This document shows positions 1 to 9,761 of a stretch of 64,000 nucleotides of DNA, piece after piece. Source of the DNA: Planctomycetota bacterium (GTDB lineage: Bacteria > Planctomycetota > DG-23 > JAZDKG01). Where the stretch lies: positions 1,725-65,724 of the forward strand of contig JAZDKG010000070.1 of assembly GCA_043803205.1 (NCBI GenBank), read 5' to 3'. Positions within the stretch are counted from its first letter, which is position 1. Each line of letters begins with the position of its first letter. The notes beneath the pieces are model-generated. The model searched no databases. It was given only the letters and a program-made list of their open reading frames with translations, and was not told the DNA's origin. The position numbers and the translations under genes were made by a program.

Positions 1-32
1 GACAGCGATCGCCGCAGGGCCTTTCGTTCTTG

Positions 33-707
33 TCATGCTTTCTCCTCTACCTCTGAATCGCGATACGCCTCCAACCCGACAAGCTGGTTCTTGAGGGGCG
101 AATCCACGTGCTCCCGCATCTGTCTGTAGGCGATCTGGGGATCGCGGGTGGCCAAGGCCTCGACGACTTTCTTGTGCGCATTCATTACCGGCGGCATGGG
201 CGTGGGGATCGCAATCCCAAGCGTTGCCACACGCGCTATCTCCCGCTCCAAGAGGGGCAATCCGGCGATCTGGGCGATCTTGGTGTGAAAGGCCAGGTCC
301 AAGGCCTCCGCCCTTGTATCCTCGCAGCGACCTACCTGCTTGAGGGCGTCCATGCGGACGGCAATCCGGTTGAGTTCCTCAATGTCCTCGTCCGTGATTT
401 TGTCGGCGGCAAGTACTGCCGATTCGCTCAGAATGGCGCGCCGAATGGCATAAATCCCCTTCATAGTCTCGGGCGTCAGGCCAACTACGCGGTACCCCAC
501 CCGAGGGATCATCTCCACGAGCCCGTTCTGCCGCAGCTTATTCATCGCATCCCGCACGGGGGTAACAGACACCCCGAGCTCGGAGGCGATTTCGCGTATC
601 GTCAATTTATGACCAGGCTTAAGATCCCTGCGGGCGATTCGATCGCACAAGGCGGCGTAGACGACCCCCCCTTGCGTCTGGAACTGCTCGATCGTCAGCG
701 TTCTCAT
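33..707 (-). CDS. GntR-family transcriptional regulator (N-terminal wHTH, C-terminal FCD/FadR-like domain)
   Basis: ORF track 33..722. HTH-like segment LTIREIASELGVSVTPVRDAMNKL. Listed start codon at 720-722 is TTG; the first ATG (MRTLTIEQ...) is at 707. Confidence 0.75.
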   Translation of the reverse strand: MRTLTIEQFQTQGGVVYAALCDRIARRDLKPGHKLTIREIASELGVSVTPVRDAMNKLRQNGLVEMIPRVGYRVVGLTPETMKGIYAIRRAILSESAVLAADKITDEDIEELNRIAVRMDALKQVGRCEDTRAEALDLAFHTKIAQIAGLPLLEREIARVATLGIAIPTPMPPVMNAHKKVVEALATRDPQIAYRQMREHVDSPLKNQLVGLEAYRDSEVEEKA

Positions 708-749
708 GGTTTCAGTTCCCAAATTGATCTAAAGGCCCCTCGTGACGCA

Positions 750-761
750 TTGATGCATCAA
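750..761. promoter_or_regulatory. perfect 12-bp palindrome TTGATGCATCAA about 45 nt upstream of the GntR start; candidate autoregulatory operator
   Basis: read directly from sequence (gacgcaTTGATGCATCAAgac). GntR/FadR regulators bind short palindromes in their own promoters. Confidence 0.3.
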
Positions 762-798
762 GACAATATACACCCCCCCTCCCACTTGTCAAGCCGCT

Positions 799-844
799 TT
801 CGAAAAAAAATTCGAAAAAAACGCGAGGGTGTGCCCCCCCCCCC
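799..844. repeat. two tandem A-tracts (TTCGAAAAAAAA / TTCGAAAAAAA) followed by a C11 homopolymer, in an otherwise GC-rich intergenic region
   Basis: seen directly at 799-821 (A-tracts) and 834-844 (poly-C). Confidence 0.6.
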
Positions 845-1012
845 ACCTAACCTCTTCGGCTACACCCGTACTTCGGGATCCCTTCGCTCCGCGATTATGT
901 CTCTTGTCGAAAGACCACGCTTGCGGAAGGCGCGGGAGCAACGCTACTGCGGGACGCGGAGCTTTTCTCATTCCGGTTCACTGAGGAGGCGGGGGAAGCG
1001 CGCTCATGGCGC

Positions 1013-1582
1013 TCAGGACGAAGAGGGATTCTGTTTCGCTTCGACGATGTCCCCGAAGAGGAGGTAGAAGGGCTTCGGGTATTTATAGCCGTGGAGGACC
1101 TGGGCCTTGAGGACGTCGAAGTATCCCTCGTCGTCGACAAGGTCCTCGCGGACGGAGCCGCCGAGGATGCGGCCGACGACGAAGCTGTGGTAGCCGATCT
1201 CCAACTCCTTCAGGAAGCGGCACTCGATCGCCGCCACGCACTCGGCGATCCGTGGGACGGCGACGTGTTTGGAGGGGGCGGTCGAGAGCCCCGCCTCGTC
1301 GAGCTCACTCAGCTCCTCCGGGACGTCCTGCCCGAAGACCTCGACGGCGTCCGCGAGGGCCCGGTCGGGGATATTGATGACGAACTCGCCGACGCGCCTG
1401 ATGTTGTGATAGGTGTGGGTGGGTTTTCCGACGGCGATGCCGACCTGGAGGCTGCCGAGGTTCGTCCAGGCGCCGAACGCGCCGCCGTTCACGACTCCGG
1501 TGGCATGCTGGGTCGTCACAAGAACAATAGGGCGGGTCGCGCAGAGGCGCTGGGCGGCCTCGGCATTGAGCTCTCTGTGCAT
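1013..1582 (-). CDS. flavin reductase-like FMN-binding domain protein
   Basis: 189 aa. PIVLVTT...GVVNGGAFGAWTNLGS...VGIAVGKPTHTYHNI pattern is typical of the flavin reductase-like split-barrel domain. Confidence 0.55.
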   Translation of the reverse strand: MHRELNAEAAQRLCATRPIVLVTTQHATGVVNGGAFGAWTNLGSLQVGIAVGKPTHTYHNIRRVGEFVINIPDRALADAVEVFGQDVPEELSELDEAGLSTAPSKHVAVPRIAECVAAIECRFLKELEIGYHSFVVGRILGGSVREDLVDDEGYFDVLKAQVLHGYKYPKPFYLLFGDIVEAKQNPSSS

Positions 1583-1609
1583 GTCAGGTCCTCCGAAGCA
1601 TCGGTTTCA

Positions 1610-2113
1610 TCATCGCCGCACGCGCAAGCGGACGGGAACGGCCTCCTCGGCGCGATGGCAATGGCAGATCGCCAGCGCCAGGGCGTCGGCGGCGTCGTCG
1701 GGCTCGGGGACTTGCGCCAGTCCGAGGAGGACGCGGACCATCTCCTGCACCTGGACTTTGTGGGCGCGGCCGTTTCCGACGACGGCTTTTTTCACCCGGG
1801 CGGGCTCGTATTCATAGAGGGCGACACCGGCGTGGGCGACGGCGAGCATGGCCGCTCCGCGGGCCTGCCCCATCACGAGGGCGGTGCGGACGTTTTGTCC
1901 GTAGAAGACATCCTCGATCGCGGCGGCGTCGGGACGCGCCCGCCGGAGGACGCCGGCAAGCTCGCCGTAGAGCTGGACGAGTTTCTCGCAGAACGGCTTG
2001 TCTCGCGGGATCGAGATGGCGCCGTAGTCGAGCGCCGCGAGGCGGTTGCCGCGCTGCTCGACCAGGCCCCAGCCGGTGCGCGAGGTTCCCGGATCGATGC
2101 CGAGCACGCGCAT
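1610..2113 (-). CDS. ruvC: crossover junction endodeoxyribonuclease RuvC
   Basis: 167 aa. MRVLGIDPGTSRTGWGLVE...AAIEDVFYGQNVRTALVMGQARGAAM...DAADALALAICH, the RuvC catalytic D/E/D motifs. Start overlaps the stop of the upstream ABC gene by 1 nt. Confidence 0.85.
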   Translation of the reverse strand: MRVLGIDPGTSRTGWGLVEQRGNRLAALDYGAISIPRDKPFCEKLVQLYGELAGVLRRARPDAAAIEDVFYGQNVRTALVMGQARGAAMLAVAHAGVALYEYEPARVKKAVVGNGRAHKVQVQEMVRVLLGLAQVPEPDDAADALALAICHCHRAEEAVPVRLRVRR

Positions 2114-3942
2114 CAGGACTCCTCCGTCTTGAACTGGGTGGCGTAGAGGACGCGATAGGTGGGGCTGGAGCGGAGGAGCTCTTCGTGCGCGCCGATCGTC
2201 TCGATTCGTCCCGAGCGGAGCACGACGACCATGTCGGCCCGCATGATGGTGGAGAGGCGGTGGGCGATGACGAAGGTTGTCCGTCCCTTGGCGAACTCCT
2301 CGAGGGCCTCGTGGACAGCGCGCTCGCTCTCGCTATCGAGCGCGCTCATCGCCTCGTCGAAGATGAGGATATCGGGATCGCGCAGGACAGCGCGGGCGAT
2401 GGCGATGCGCTGTCGCTGGCCGCCCGAGAAGTCGACGCCCTCCTCTCCAAGGCGCGTGTCGTAGCCGGCGGCCAGGCCCTCGATAAAGGGGTGGGCGTTC
2501 GCGCGGCGGGCGGCGGCGACGATAGCGTCTCTAGAGGCGCCGGCGGTGCCGTAGGCGATGTTCTGCGCCACCGTATCGTTGAAGAGGACGGTCTCCTGGG
2601 TGACCATGCCGATCCGGGAGCGAAGGGACGAGAGCTTCAGGCTGCGCAGGTCGAGGCCGTCGTAAAGGATGCGCCCGCGGGCGGGGTCGTAGAGGCGGGG
2701 GATGAGGTTCGCGAGGGTCGTCTTTCCGGCGCCGCTGTGTCCGACGAGGGCCACGCACTGTCCAGGACGGACGCGAAAGGTCACGTCGCGGAGGACGAGG
2801 GGGCCGTCGCCATAGGCGAAGGAGACGCCCTCGAAGGTGAGCTCGCCCTTGAGGGGTCCCGCAGTCGCGGGATCGGGGGCGTCGGTGATGGCGGGGGCGG
2901 TGTCCATGAAATCGAAGACGCGACGGGCGCCCGCCAGACATCCCTGGAGGTTGTTGTTGACGTTGGAGAGCTTGCGCAGGCTGTCGAGGAGGCTCGCCAT
3001 GAGGATATAGAAGGTAAGGAGCAGCGCGGCGGACATGACGCGGAGCGTGAGGACGAGGTAGGCCCCGACGACGAGCACCGCGGCGGCGCCGATCACGGTG
3101 AGGATCTCGACGGCGGGGCGGACGGCGGCGTCGGCTCTTTCGACGGACATGCGCTTGCGGAAGAGCCTGCGGTTCGCGTCGTCGAAGCGCTCTCTCTCGT
3201 AGCCTTCCATGCAGAAGACCTTGACGATGCGGACTCCCCGGAAGACCTCTTCGAGCATGGTCATCATGCGGGAGCTAGTCTGGAGGGCTTCTTTCGTCGC
3301 GCGGCGGACGAGTCGTCCGAAGTAGGTGATGATGGCCGTCACGGGGAGGAAGATGAAAGGGAACACGATCGTCAACTGCCAGCTCACGCGCAGGCAGAGG
3401 GCCACGACGACCGCTGCCCGAAGCGGTTCGCGAAGGGCCTTGCCGAAGAAGGTCCGGATGCCCGCATTGATCGCGGCCATGTCGTTGCTGAAGCGCGAGA
3501 GCAGCGGCCCGACCCCCTGGCGCTGGAAGAACTCGAGGTCCTGGGCGACGACGTTGCCGTGCAAGTCGCTTGTGAGATCGCGGACGACGCTGCATCCCAC
3601 GTGGGCCGCGCAATAGTCCTGGATGAAGCGGAAGGCGCCTTGGACGAGCTCGAGCAGGACGAGGAGGACGCAGATGGCGATGAGGGCAACGAAGGGGGAG
3701 CTGCGGAACGCCTCGGGGAGGAGCCAATCGAGGAAGACCCCGAGTCCGCTCATTTCCTGGGCGTCAGCGAATCGGACGGGACCGTCATGGCCTCCCAGGA
3801 GGAGCTGCAGGGCCGGGTAGATGCCGAGAAGGCTCGCGCCGCCGAGGCCCGCGATGAGGATGGAGAAGACGATGGTCGCGGCGAGTCGAGACGGGTACCG
3901 GAGAACCCGTCGAACCAGTCTCCTAAGGTCGGTTTCCCTCAC
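2113..3942 (-). CDS. ABC transporter, fused permease/ATPase, MsbA-like lipid exporter
   Basis: 609 aa. N-terminal 6-TM domain. Walker A GHSGAGKTT, signature FSGGQRQRIAIARA, Walker B ILIFDEAMSALD. Sits in an LPS core operon; 4-nt overlap with the upstream heptosyltransferase. Confidence 0.8.
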   Translation of the reverse strand: MRETDLRRLVRRVLRYPSRLAATIVFSILIAGLGGASLLGIYPALQLLLGGHDGPVRFADAQEMSGLGVFLDWLLPEAFRSSPFVALIAICVLLVLLELVQGAFRFIQDYCAAHVGCSVVRDLTSDLHGNVVAQDLEFFQRQGVGPLLSRFSNDMAAINAGIRTFFGKALREPLRAAVVVALCLRVSWQLTIVFPFIFLPVTAIITYFGRLVRRATKEALQTSSRMMTMLEEVFRGVRIVKVFCMEGYERERFDDANRRLFRKRMSVERADAAVRPAVEILTVIGAAAVLVVGAYLVLTLRVMSAALLLTFYILMASLLDSLRKLSNVNNNLQGCLAGARRVFDFMDTAPAITDAPDPATAGPLKGELTFEGVSFAYGDGPLVLRDVTFRVRPGQCVALVGHSGAGKTTLANLIPRLYDPARGRILYDGLDLRSLKLSSLRSRIGMVTQETVLFNDTVAQNIAYGTAGASRDAIVAAARRANAHPFIEGLAAGYDTRLGEEGVDFSGGQRQRIAIARAVLRDPDILIFDEAMSALDSESERAVHEALEEFAKGRTTFVIAHRLSTIMRADMVVVLRSGRIETIGAHEELLRSSPTYRVLYATQFKTEES

Positions 3943-5069
3943 GCTTCTCTATCCAACACCTTGAGGGCCAGGCGGAGCACGGAAGGCGGGTCGATCGCCT
4001 CCATGCAGCGCCGGTCGGAGCAATAGCGCCTGAGGCACGGGGCGCAGTCGAGGTCGGGGGGGCACACCACGTGGCGCCGCTGCCGATAGGGACCGGTCCT
4101 CGCAGGGTCCGTGGGGCCGAAGACGGCGACAAGGGGCGTCGCGAGCGCGTCGGCGATGTGCATGGGGCCGGAGTCATTCGTGAGAAAGAGGTCGGCGTCA
4201 GCGAGCAGCGCGACGAGCTCCTTGAGGGAGGTTTCACCCGCGAGGTTGACGGCGTCGCCCCCCACCCGCGCCCGGATTCGATCCGCCCGGGAGCGCTCCC
4301 TTGCGGTGCCGGCGAACACGACCTTGGCGCGACGCTCGGCGACGAGGGCCCCGGCCACGTATGCGAATCCGTCGATCGTCCACTCCTTCGAGGGCCAGCG
4401 CGCCGCCGGGGAAACCAGCACGAGGGGACGTCGGGCGTCGCGAACGTCGGCGAAGCGCTCCCGCATCCGTCGGCGCGCGTCTGCATCGACGACGATCGGG
4501 AAGTCCACGGAAACGCGCCGGAGGTGGAGACGGTCCGCCAGGAGGAGATAGCGATCGACGGCGTGCATCGGGATGCCCGGGCCGTCCACCCTTACGTTGT
4601 AGAACTTGTGGCTGAGCTCGCGCGCGCTGCGGAAGCCCACGCGGACGGGGGCCCCCGTAGCGTAGCTCATGAGCCCGCTGCGGAAGAGCCCCTGGAGATC
4701 AATCACGAGATCGAAGCCGCCGAGCTCGATCGCGCGGAGGAACCTCCCGAACCCCAGCAGGCTCTCCCAGGCGCGCCGCGTCGAGTCCCAGCGCCCGCGG
4801 TCCCAAGATATCACCTCGTCAAGGGCACCGTTCCCCGCGAGCACCGCTGCGAAATCCTTGTGCACGAGCCATGCGATCCACGCATCCGGGAAGTTGCCGC
4901 GCAGCGCGCCCAGGAGAGGCAGGCTGTGCACGATGTCCCCCAGTGCGCTGGGCTTGACGATCAGGATGCGGCGGATCTCGCGCAGGCTGTGGACCGGATG
5001 CCCGGCGTGACGAAAGCCCTGCCGCCACAGATGCAGGATTCGCTCCTGGTCCACTGAGGCGGCGCTCAT
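3939..5069 (-). CDS. glycosyltransferase family 9 (LPS heptosyltransferase, WaaC/WaaF-like)
   Basis: ILIVKPSALGDIVHSLPLL... and C-terminal TNDSGPMHIADALATPLVAVFGPTDP motif. ORF track extends to 5267. The internal ATG at 5069 (MSAASVDQERILHLW) forms an ATGA overlap with the upstream kinase stop. Confidence 0.75.
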   Translation of the reverse strand: MSAASVDQERILHLWRQGFRHAGHPVHSLREIRRILIVKPSALGDIVHSLPLLGALRGNFPDAWIAWLVHKDFAAVLAGNGALDEVISWDRGRWDSTRRAWESLLGFGRFLRAIELGGFDLVIDLQGLFRSGLMSYATGAPVRVGFRSARELSHKFYNVRVDGPGIPMHAVDRYLLLADRLHLRRVSVDFPIVVDADARRRMRERFADVRDARRPLVLVSPAARWPSKEWTIDGFAYVAGALVAERRAKVVFAGTARERSRADRIRARVGGDAVNLAGETSLKELVALLADADLFLTNDSGPMHIADALATPLVAVFGPTDPARTGPYRQRRHVVCPPDLDCAPCLRRYCSDRRCMEAIDPPSVLRLALKVLDREA

Positions 5070-6703
5070 GAGGCGCGCCTCGCGCGGACGGCGCTCGAAA
5101 GCAGGCTCCACCACCGCTCCAGCTCCGGGCGCGACTGTGCCGCAAGCCCGAGGTAGGCTTTGAGAAAGCGCAGCCCGTCCGTCGTCCGCACGGCGCGCGT
5201 CGAGCGCGCCGATACTGCGAGCCTGGCGAGATCGAGCATCCTGCGTCCTGTCGACAGGCGTCTGCACCGTGAGATTCCGTCCAAGTCGATAAGATACACG
5301 GCCCTGGGCTCACCATCCTCCCGCGAGAGGAGGATGTTGCTCACCTTGAGGTCGCGGTGAGAGAACCCCCTTTCGTGGAGTGAGGCGACCGCGCGGCCCA
5401 AGAGCTCCGCCGCGCAAGCTCCGGCTTTCAGTCTATCCCTTCCGGCGAGATTTGGAAGTACACGGGTGAGAAAGGCATGAAGCTCCCGGGCGTCGGCGAT
5501 GCGCTGCGTCACGACGCCGCTCTCCCGTAGGAGGCCGAGGCGCCGGACCTCCCAAGCGGCTACGGGCATGGCGGTGGGGACATCGCGGACGAAGAGGGCG
5601 TTGGCGAGCCGCCAGCCACGCAGGGCCCTGGAGCGTCGGACGAGATAGCTCAGTGCCCAGCGCGGTCCCTTGTTCTTGTAGCGCTTCACGACGATCTCGG
5701 CGGGGCCTTCGGGGCCGTCGAGGGCGTGAACCTCCACGCGGGTCGTGCCGCCGTCCTTGAGAAGCTTGGCTCCGACGCCGGTCTTCATGAGGGTGAGGAG
5801 CGCATCGCGATCCCATCCCCGGCGCAGGAAGTAGCGTCTGCCATCGAGCCTTCCCGTCTCGAAGTACTTGTTGTTCCGGACGCAGCGGCGTTCGCGGCTG
5901 GACCAGAACGCCTTGCGCCCCGCGAGGCTCGCGCGCTCGATCTCTCTCGGGTCGAGCCCCACGGGATCGGTCTCCTCATATGCGGCGAGGAAGCGTCGGC
6001 GCTGGGTGCGGGTGGTCCATCGGCTCCAGAACCAGTTGAAGACGGCGAGGTTGCGAAGGCGCAGGAGCGCGGGGAGTCCGCCGGGGCGGTCGCTAAGGGA
6101 CACGTCGTGAAGGTCAGTGAGGAAGAAGTCCATGGCGCCCGCGTTCCGGCGGGCGAGGATGTTTCCCGCGTGGAGGTCGCGGTGGAAGACGCCTGCGTCG
6201 TGGACCGAGCGGATGAAGCGGGCGAGCGCCGGCCCCATCTCGCGCAGCATATCGGTCCTATGGCGAGGGGAAGCGCGGGATACGATCACGCTGAGGGGGA
6301 GAGCCCCGTCGATCGCGGCCGTCACGAGGAAGTTCGAGAGGAGCGCCCCGAAGCGCCTGCGCTCCCCCATCGCCAACGGCTCGGGGACGGGGATCCCGCG
6401 CGCGGCGCAGCGCGTCGACACTTCCCACTCCACCTTTCCCGTCGAGGGACGGAAGAGGAAACGGAAGCGGTCCCACCACGTCGGACGCCTGTATTCCTTG
6501 ACGAAGAGGGCGCCGCCGGGGCGCTCCCACCGGTAGACCGCCCGTGCGGGCCCCTCCTTGACAACCTGCGTCGCGCCGTCGCGGGAGAGGTTCTCCCAGT
6601 CGGCGAGGAGGCTGGGGAGCTCCTGGGCGAAGGACGGGACGACGGTCCAGACGACGCCTCCGCGCTTCAGTCGGACGGGTTTGTTCGCCGTCGTGTCTTC
6701 CAC
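5066..6703 (-). CDS. tandem two-domain lipopolysaccharide kinase (WaaP/Kdo kinase family, PF06293-like)
   Basis: 545 aa. Domain 1 has FVKEY lysine and catalytic loop FHRDLHAGNIL. Domain 2 has VVKRYKNKG, SHRDLKVSNILL, and DFG-like IDLDG. Confidence 0.7.
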   Translation of the reverse strand: MEDTTANKPVRLKRGGVVWTVVPSFAQELPSLLADWENLSRDGATQVVKEGPARAVYRWERPGGALFVKEYRRPTWWDRFRFLFRPSTGKVEWEVSTRCAARGIPVPEPLAMGERRRFGALLSNFLVTAAIDGALPLSVIVSRASPRHRTDMLREMGPALARFIRSVHDAGVFHRDLHAGNILARRNAGAMDFFLTDLHDVSLSDRPGGLPALLRLRNLAVFNWFWSRWTTRTQRRRFLAAYEETDPVGLDPREIERASLAGRKAFWSSRERRCVRNNKYFETGRLDGRRYFLRRGWDRDALLTLMKTGVGAKLLKDGGTTRVEVHALDGPEGPAEIVVKRYKNKGPRWALSYLVRRSRALRGWRLANALFVRDVPTAMPVAAWEVRRLGLLRESGVVTQRIADARELHAFLTRVLPNLAGRDRLKAGACAAELLGRAVASLHERGFSHRDLKVSNILLSREDGEPRAVYLIDLDGISRCRRLSTGRRMLDLARLAVSARSTRAVRTTDGLRFLKAYLGLAAQSRPELERWWSLLSSAVRARRAS

Positions 6704-6727
6704 GGAGCGGCCTCTTCCTTCAACGCG

Positions 6728-8347
6728 CTAGTGTCCCGCGTCTGCGGGGACGGGGGGACGCGGGAAACGGTAGATCACGATACGCTCTTCCGAGGCGCCG
6801 GGATCCTTTCTCTCCCGCACAACGGGCTCCAAGGCGTAGTTCGGGACCGAGTTCGCGAAGTCCGGGATGCACTTGTCGAACTCGTCAAGGTCAACGATCA
6901 GGAATTCATAGGACCCGTCCTGGGCGCGACGCAGGAGGGCGTCGAGGGAGCGGACATCCGAGAGCGCGAGGTCATCAGCGGTCCCCTGGGCGTAGAGGGC
7001 GGCGCGCCCGTCCCGGAAATAGAGGAACCGTTTCCCGGGCCCGAATGTCTCGAGGATCCTACGGCCGGCCTCGCGGTATCCCGAGGTTTCGTGGCGTTGG
7101 AGCTTGAACGCCTGGAAGGAGAGCACCACGACGCAGGCGGCGAGGATCATCCCAAAGACGGTGGCTCTCCGGGCGGGCGTGCCCGGGCTGCGCGACGGAA
7201 GGCCCGTGAGAGCCTTCGTCGCCACGTCGATCCCTCTCGCGGCCCACGGGAGCGCAAGAGCCCCGACAAGGATGAGGTGCCGACTGGAGACGTATCCGAT
7301 GCGGCAGGCGAGAAGGAAGGCAAGGGCCACCGAGATCACGATGACCGCGACGAAGTAGAGCTCCCCCGCACGTCTCCTCCCTTCCCAGATCGCGCCCACG
7401 ACCGCAAGCAAGAAGAGCAGAGGATGCACCGCTTGGGTCACCTGGGAGAGGACGAAGAGAGCCGCAACGGGAAGGTCGCCGCGCAGGCGGACGACGACGG
7501 AGTCGGCGTCCGTCGGCTCCCGGCCGTCGCGGGGGGCCGCCGGAAGGGACTCCACGTCCGGTCGCCCGTTCTCCGGCTGCAACGCGAGGTTCATGGCCGT
7601 TTCACTCATCACCAACGCGGCGAGGGATTTCTTCTTGGAGAGGGTCCAACGGCCGGTGTCACATCGGAGGAACACGAGATAGGGCCCCGCGGCGGCGGCG
7701 AATATCACCGCGCTCATGAGGAGGCAGATCGCTTTGGCGACGACGCGCCCGCGCCAATGCGGCAGGCCCGCCACCGCGATCGCCGACGCGCCGATGATGA
7801 AGACGACGCCGCCCTCCGGACGGGTGAGATAGGCCAGTCCGGAGAAAAGGCCCAGAAGCGCGGCCGCCGCCGCATCGCCGTCGGCGGCGGCGCGGAACCC
7901 GGCGGCGAGGGCCGCCAGACAGAGAAAGACGTATGTCGGCTCGGTGAGGACGTCGGCGCTGGGCCTCGCGAATCTCGGCAGGAACACGAAGAGAAGGCCC
8001 GCCGCCAAGGCGGTCCTTACACCGAAAATCCGCCGAACGAGGAGATACAGCGGGACCAGCGCGGCGACGGACATGGTCAGGCTCACGACCTGCCCGGCGA
8101 CGATCCAGCCGGGGACGGCTAGATGCGCGACCACCACCAAGAAGGGGTAGAAGGGATGCTGAGCGTGCGCAAGGAAGACGCCGACGCGTCCGGCCGCGAA
8201 GGCCCGGGCCATCTCCAGGAATCCGACTGCGTCCTTGGCAACGACGACCACGCGCTCGAAGAGCACGATGCGCGTCGCGATCGCCAGCGCGACGAGAAGG
8301 AGGAACAGCACAAGCTCGCGTCTCGGCGACGTCTCCTCATTCAACAA
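6728..8347 (-). CDS. GT-C fold membrane glycosyltransferase, ArnT/PMT-like (GT39/GT83-type)
   Basis: 539 aa. About 11 N-terminal hydrophobic helices, first-loop AKDAVGFLEMARAF, C-terminal soluble domain. The architecture resembles ArnT / protein-O-mannosyltransferases. Confidence 0.45.
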   Translation of the reverse strand: MLNEETSPRRELVLFLLLVALAIATRIVLFERVVVVAKDAVGFLEMARAFAAGRVGVFLAHAQHPFYPFLVVVAHLAVPGWIVAGQVVSLTMSVAALVPLYLLVRRIFGVRTALAAGLLFVFLPRFARPSADVLTEPTYVFLCLAALAAGFRAAADGDAAAAALLGLFSGLAYLTRPEGGVVFIIGASAIAVAGLPHWRGRVVAKAICLLMSAVIFAAAAGPYLVFLRCDTGRWTLSKKKSLAALVMSETAMNLALQPENGRPDVESLPAAPRDGREPTDADSVVVRLRGDLPVAALFVLSQVTQAVHPLLFLLAVVGAIWEGRRRAGELYFVAVIVISVALAFLLACRIGYVSSRHLILVGALALPWAARGIDVATKALTGLPSRSPGTPARRATVFGMILAACVVVLSFQAFKLQRHETSGYREAGRRILETFGPGKRFLYFRDGRAALYAQGTADDLALSDVRSLDALLRRAQDGSYEFLIVDLDEFDKCIPDFANSVPNYALEPVVRERKDPGASEERIVIYRFPRPPVPADAGH

Positions 8348-8445
8348 CGCTCAACTCCCTTTGGCAGGTCTTTCTGCGAGGCCAGTATACCCGTCGGGGA
8401 GACCATCACAATACCGGCGCGGCCCGTGCGGCGGCGAAGGGAGAC

Positions 8446-8473
8446 TTGCAAAGGCCCGCCGAGGCGATATGTT
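8446..8473 (+). promoter_or_regulatory. candidate sigma70 promoter TTGCAA-N16-TATGTT upstream of the GT4 gene
   Basis: read from sequence; about 75 nt upstream of the 8551 start. Confidence 0.25.
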
Positions 8474-8550
8474 CGTCCTGGGGAAGGAAGGCCGAAGTCC
8501 CGAAGGGCCGTTTTCCGTCACGCGTGCGGAATCGCCGCCAAGGATAGCCC

Positions 8551-9585
8551 ATGATCGCACCTCCATCCGGGGCGCTGCGCGTACTGTATCTCGTACAGAA
8601 TCCCAAGAGCCCGAGCGCGAGGTTCCGGGCCGTCGAGATGGCGCCGCAGCTTCTATCGTTCGGCGTCGCCTCCGAGGTGCGCGCGATCGGGCGGCATGGG
8701 GCGGAGCGGAAAGCGGTCTTCCGGGAGGCGGCGGCTTATGACGTGGTGGTGCTGGCGCGCAGGCTGCTCACGGGGAGGGACCTCCGGCAGCTCAGGCGCG
8801 CGGCGCGCGTCCTCATCTACGAGTTCGATGACGCCGTCATGTACCGCGACCCGCGCAGGGGGCGTCCGAAGTCCCTTGTGAGACGCCTGCGGTTCCGCAA
8901 CGCGGTCCGGAGCGCCGACGCGATCATCGCCGGGAACCACATTCTCGCCGAAGAGGCGAGGAGATACTGCGAGGCGCCGGTGTTCGTGGTCCCGACGGCG
9001 GTGGACACGCAGCGGTATCGTGCGACGCGGGGGGACAGGCACCCGGAGGTGTCGGTCGGCTGGCTCGGCTCGAGAGGAAGCGTGTGGTATTTCGACCGTT
9101 TCGCGGACGTCTGGGAGCGCGTGAGCGAGGAGATGGGCGACTCCGTGCGCTTCCGGGTAGTCTGCGACGTCCCCCCGACATGGCGGAGCGCCCTTCTTGA
9201 CTACATCCCGTGGTCGCCTGAGGCGGAGCTGGCGGCGCTATCCTCTTTCGACGTGGGGTTGATGCCTTTGACCGACGATCCGTTCTCCCGGGGGAAATGC
9301 GCCTGCAAGATCCTCCAGTACTTCGCCGCGGGACTTCCGGTCGTGGCGAGTCCCGTCGGGATGAACCGCGAGGTCGTGACTCCGGGCGTGACTGGCTTCC
9401 TTGCGGAAGAGCCGGAACAATGGGCGGAGTATGTCGGGCGACTCGCGACGGATCACACGTTGAGGGAGAAGCTGGGAGCCGCGGGACGGGAACTCGTCGC
9501 GCGGGACTATGACGTGCGGATCGTCGCACGACGACTGGCGCAGATTCTCAAGGGAAGAGGCTCCAGCGAGAACGAGACAACTTAA
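8551..9585 (+). CDS. glycosyltransferase family 4 (GT-B, GT1 superfamily)
   Basis: 344 aa. C-terminal KILQYFAAGLPVVASPVGMNREVV, the EX7E-type motif region of GT4 enzymes. Confidence 0.7.
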   Translation: MIAPPSGALRVLYLVQNPKSPSARFRAVEMAPQLLSFGVASEVRAIGRHGAERKAVFREAAAYDVVVLARRLLTGRDLRQLRRAARVLIYEFDDAVMYRDPRRGRPKSLVRRLRFRNAVRSADAIIAGNHILAEEARRYCEAPVFVVPTAVDTQRYRATRGDRHPEVSVGWLGSRGSVWYFDRFADVWERVSEEMGDSVRFRVVCDVPPTWRSALLDYIPWSPEAELAALSSFDVGLMPLTDDPFSRGKCACKILQYFAAGLPVVASPVGMNREVVTPGVTGFLAEEPEQWAEYVGRLATDHTLREKLGAAGRELVARDYDVRIVARRLAQILKGRGSSENETT

Positions 9586-9761
9586 GTATCTCCCTCAAGG
9601 CCCCAAGAGCGGGGGGACGCACAAGGTGACGCACCGGCATGCGTTTTTCATCATGTCCCGCCGTAAGATGAGGCGATATATACGGTAAGGGGCGGCGCGT
9701 ACTCGCTTCGCTTCCACCGTCGGCCGACGCGCGGAGCGGGCTTTCGGCCGCGACGCGATCG

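Noticed and set aside
2185-4026. 613-aa acidic ORF on the plus strand
   Set aside because: Lies antisense to the well-supported MsbA-like ABC transporter. It is low complexity (G/D/E/A-rich) with no motifs. Typical spurious antisense ORF in GC-rich DNA.
5726-8122. 798-aa plus-strand ORF
   Set aside because: Antisense to the LPS kinase and GT-C membrane protein. Arg/Gly/Asp-rich low complexity with no domain signature.
9586-9761. 176-nt intergenic region before the Pro-rich membrane protein, considered for a small RNA or extra promoter
   Set aside because: No convincing -35/-10 pair or structured element was seen by eye. Left unannotated.
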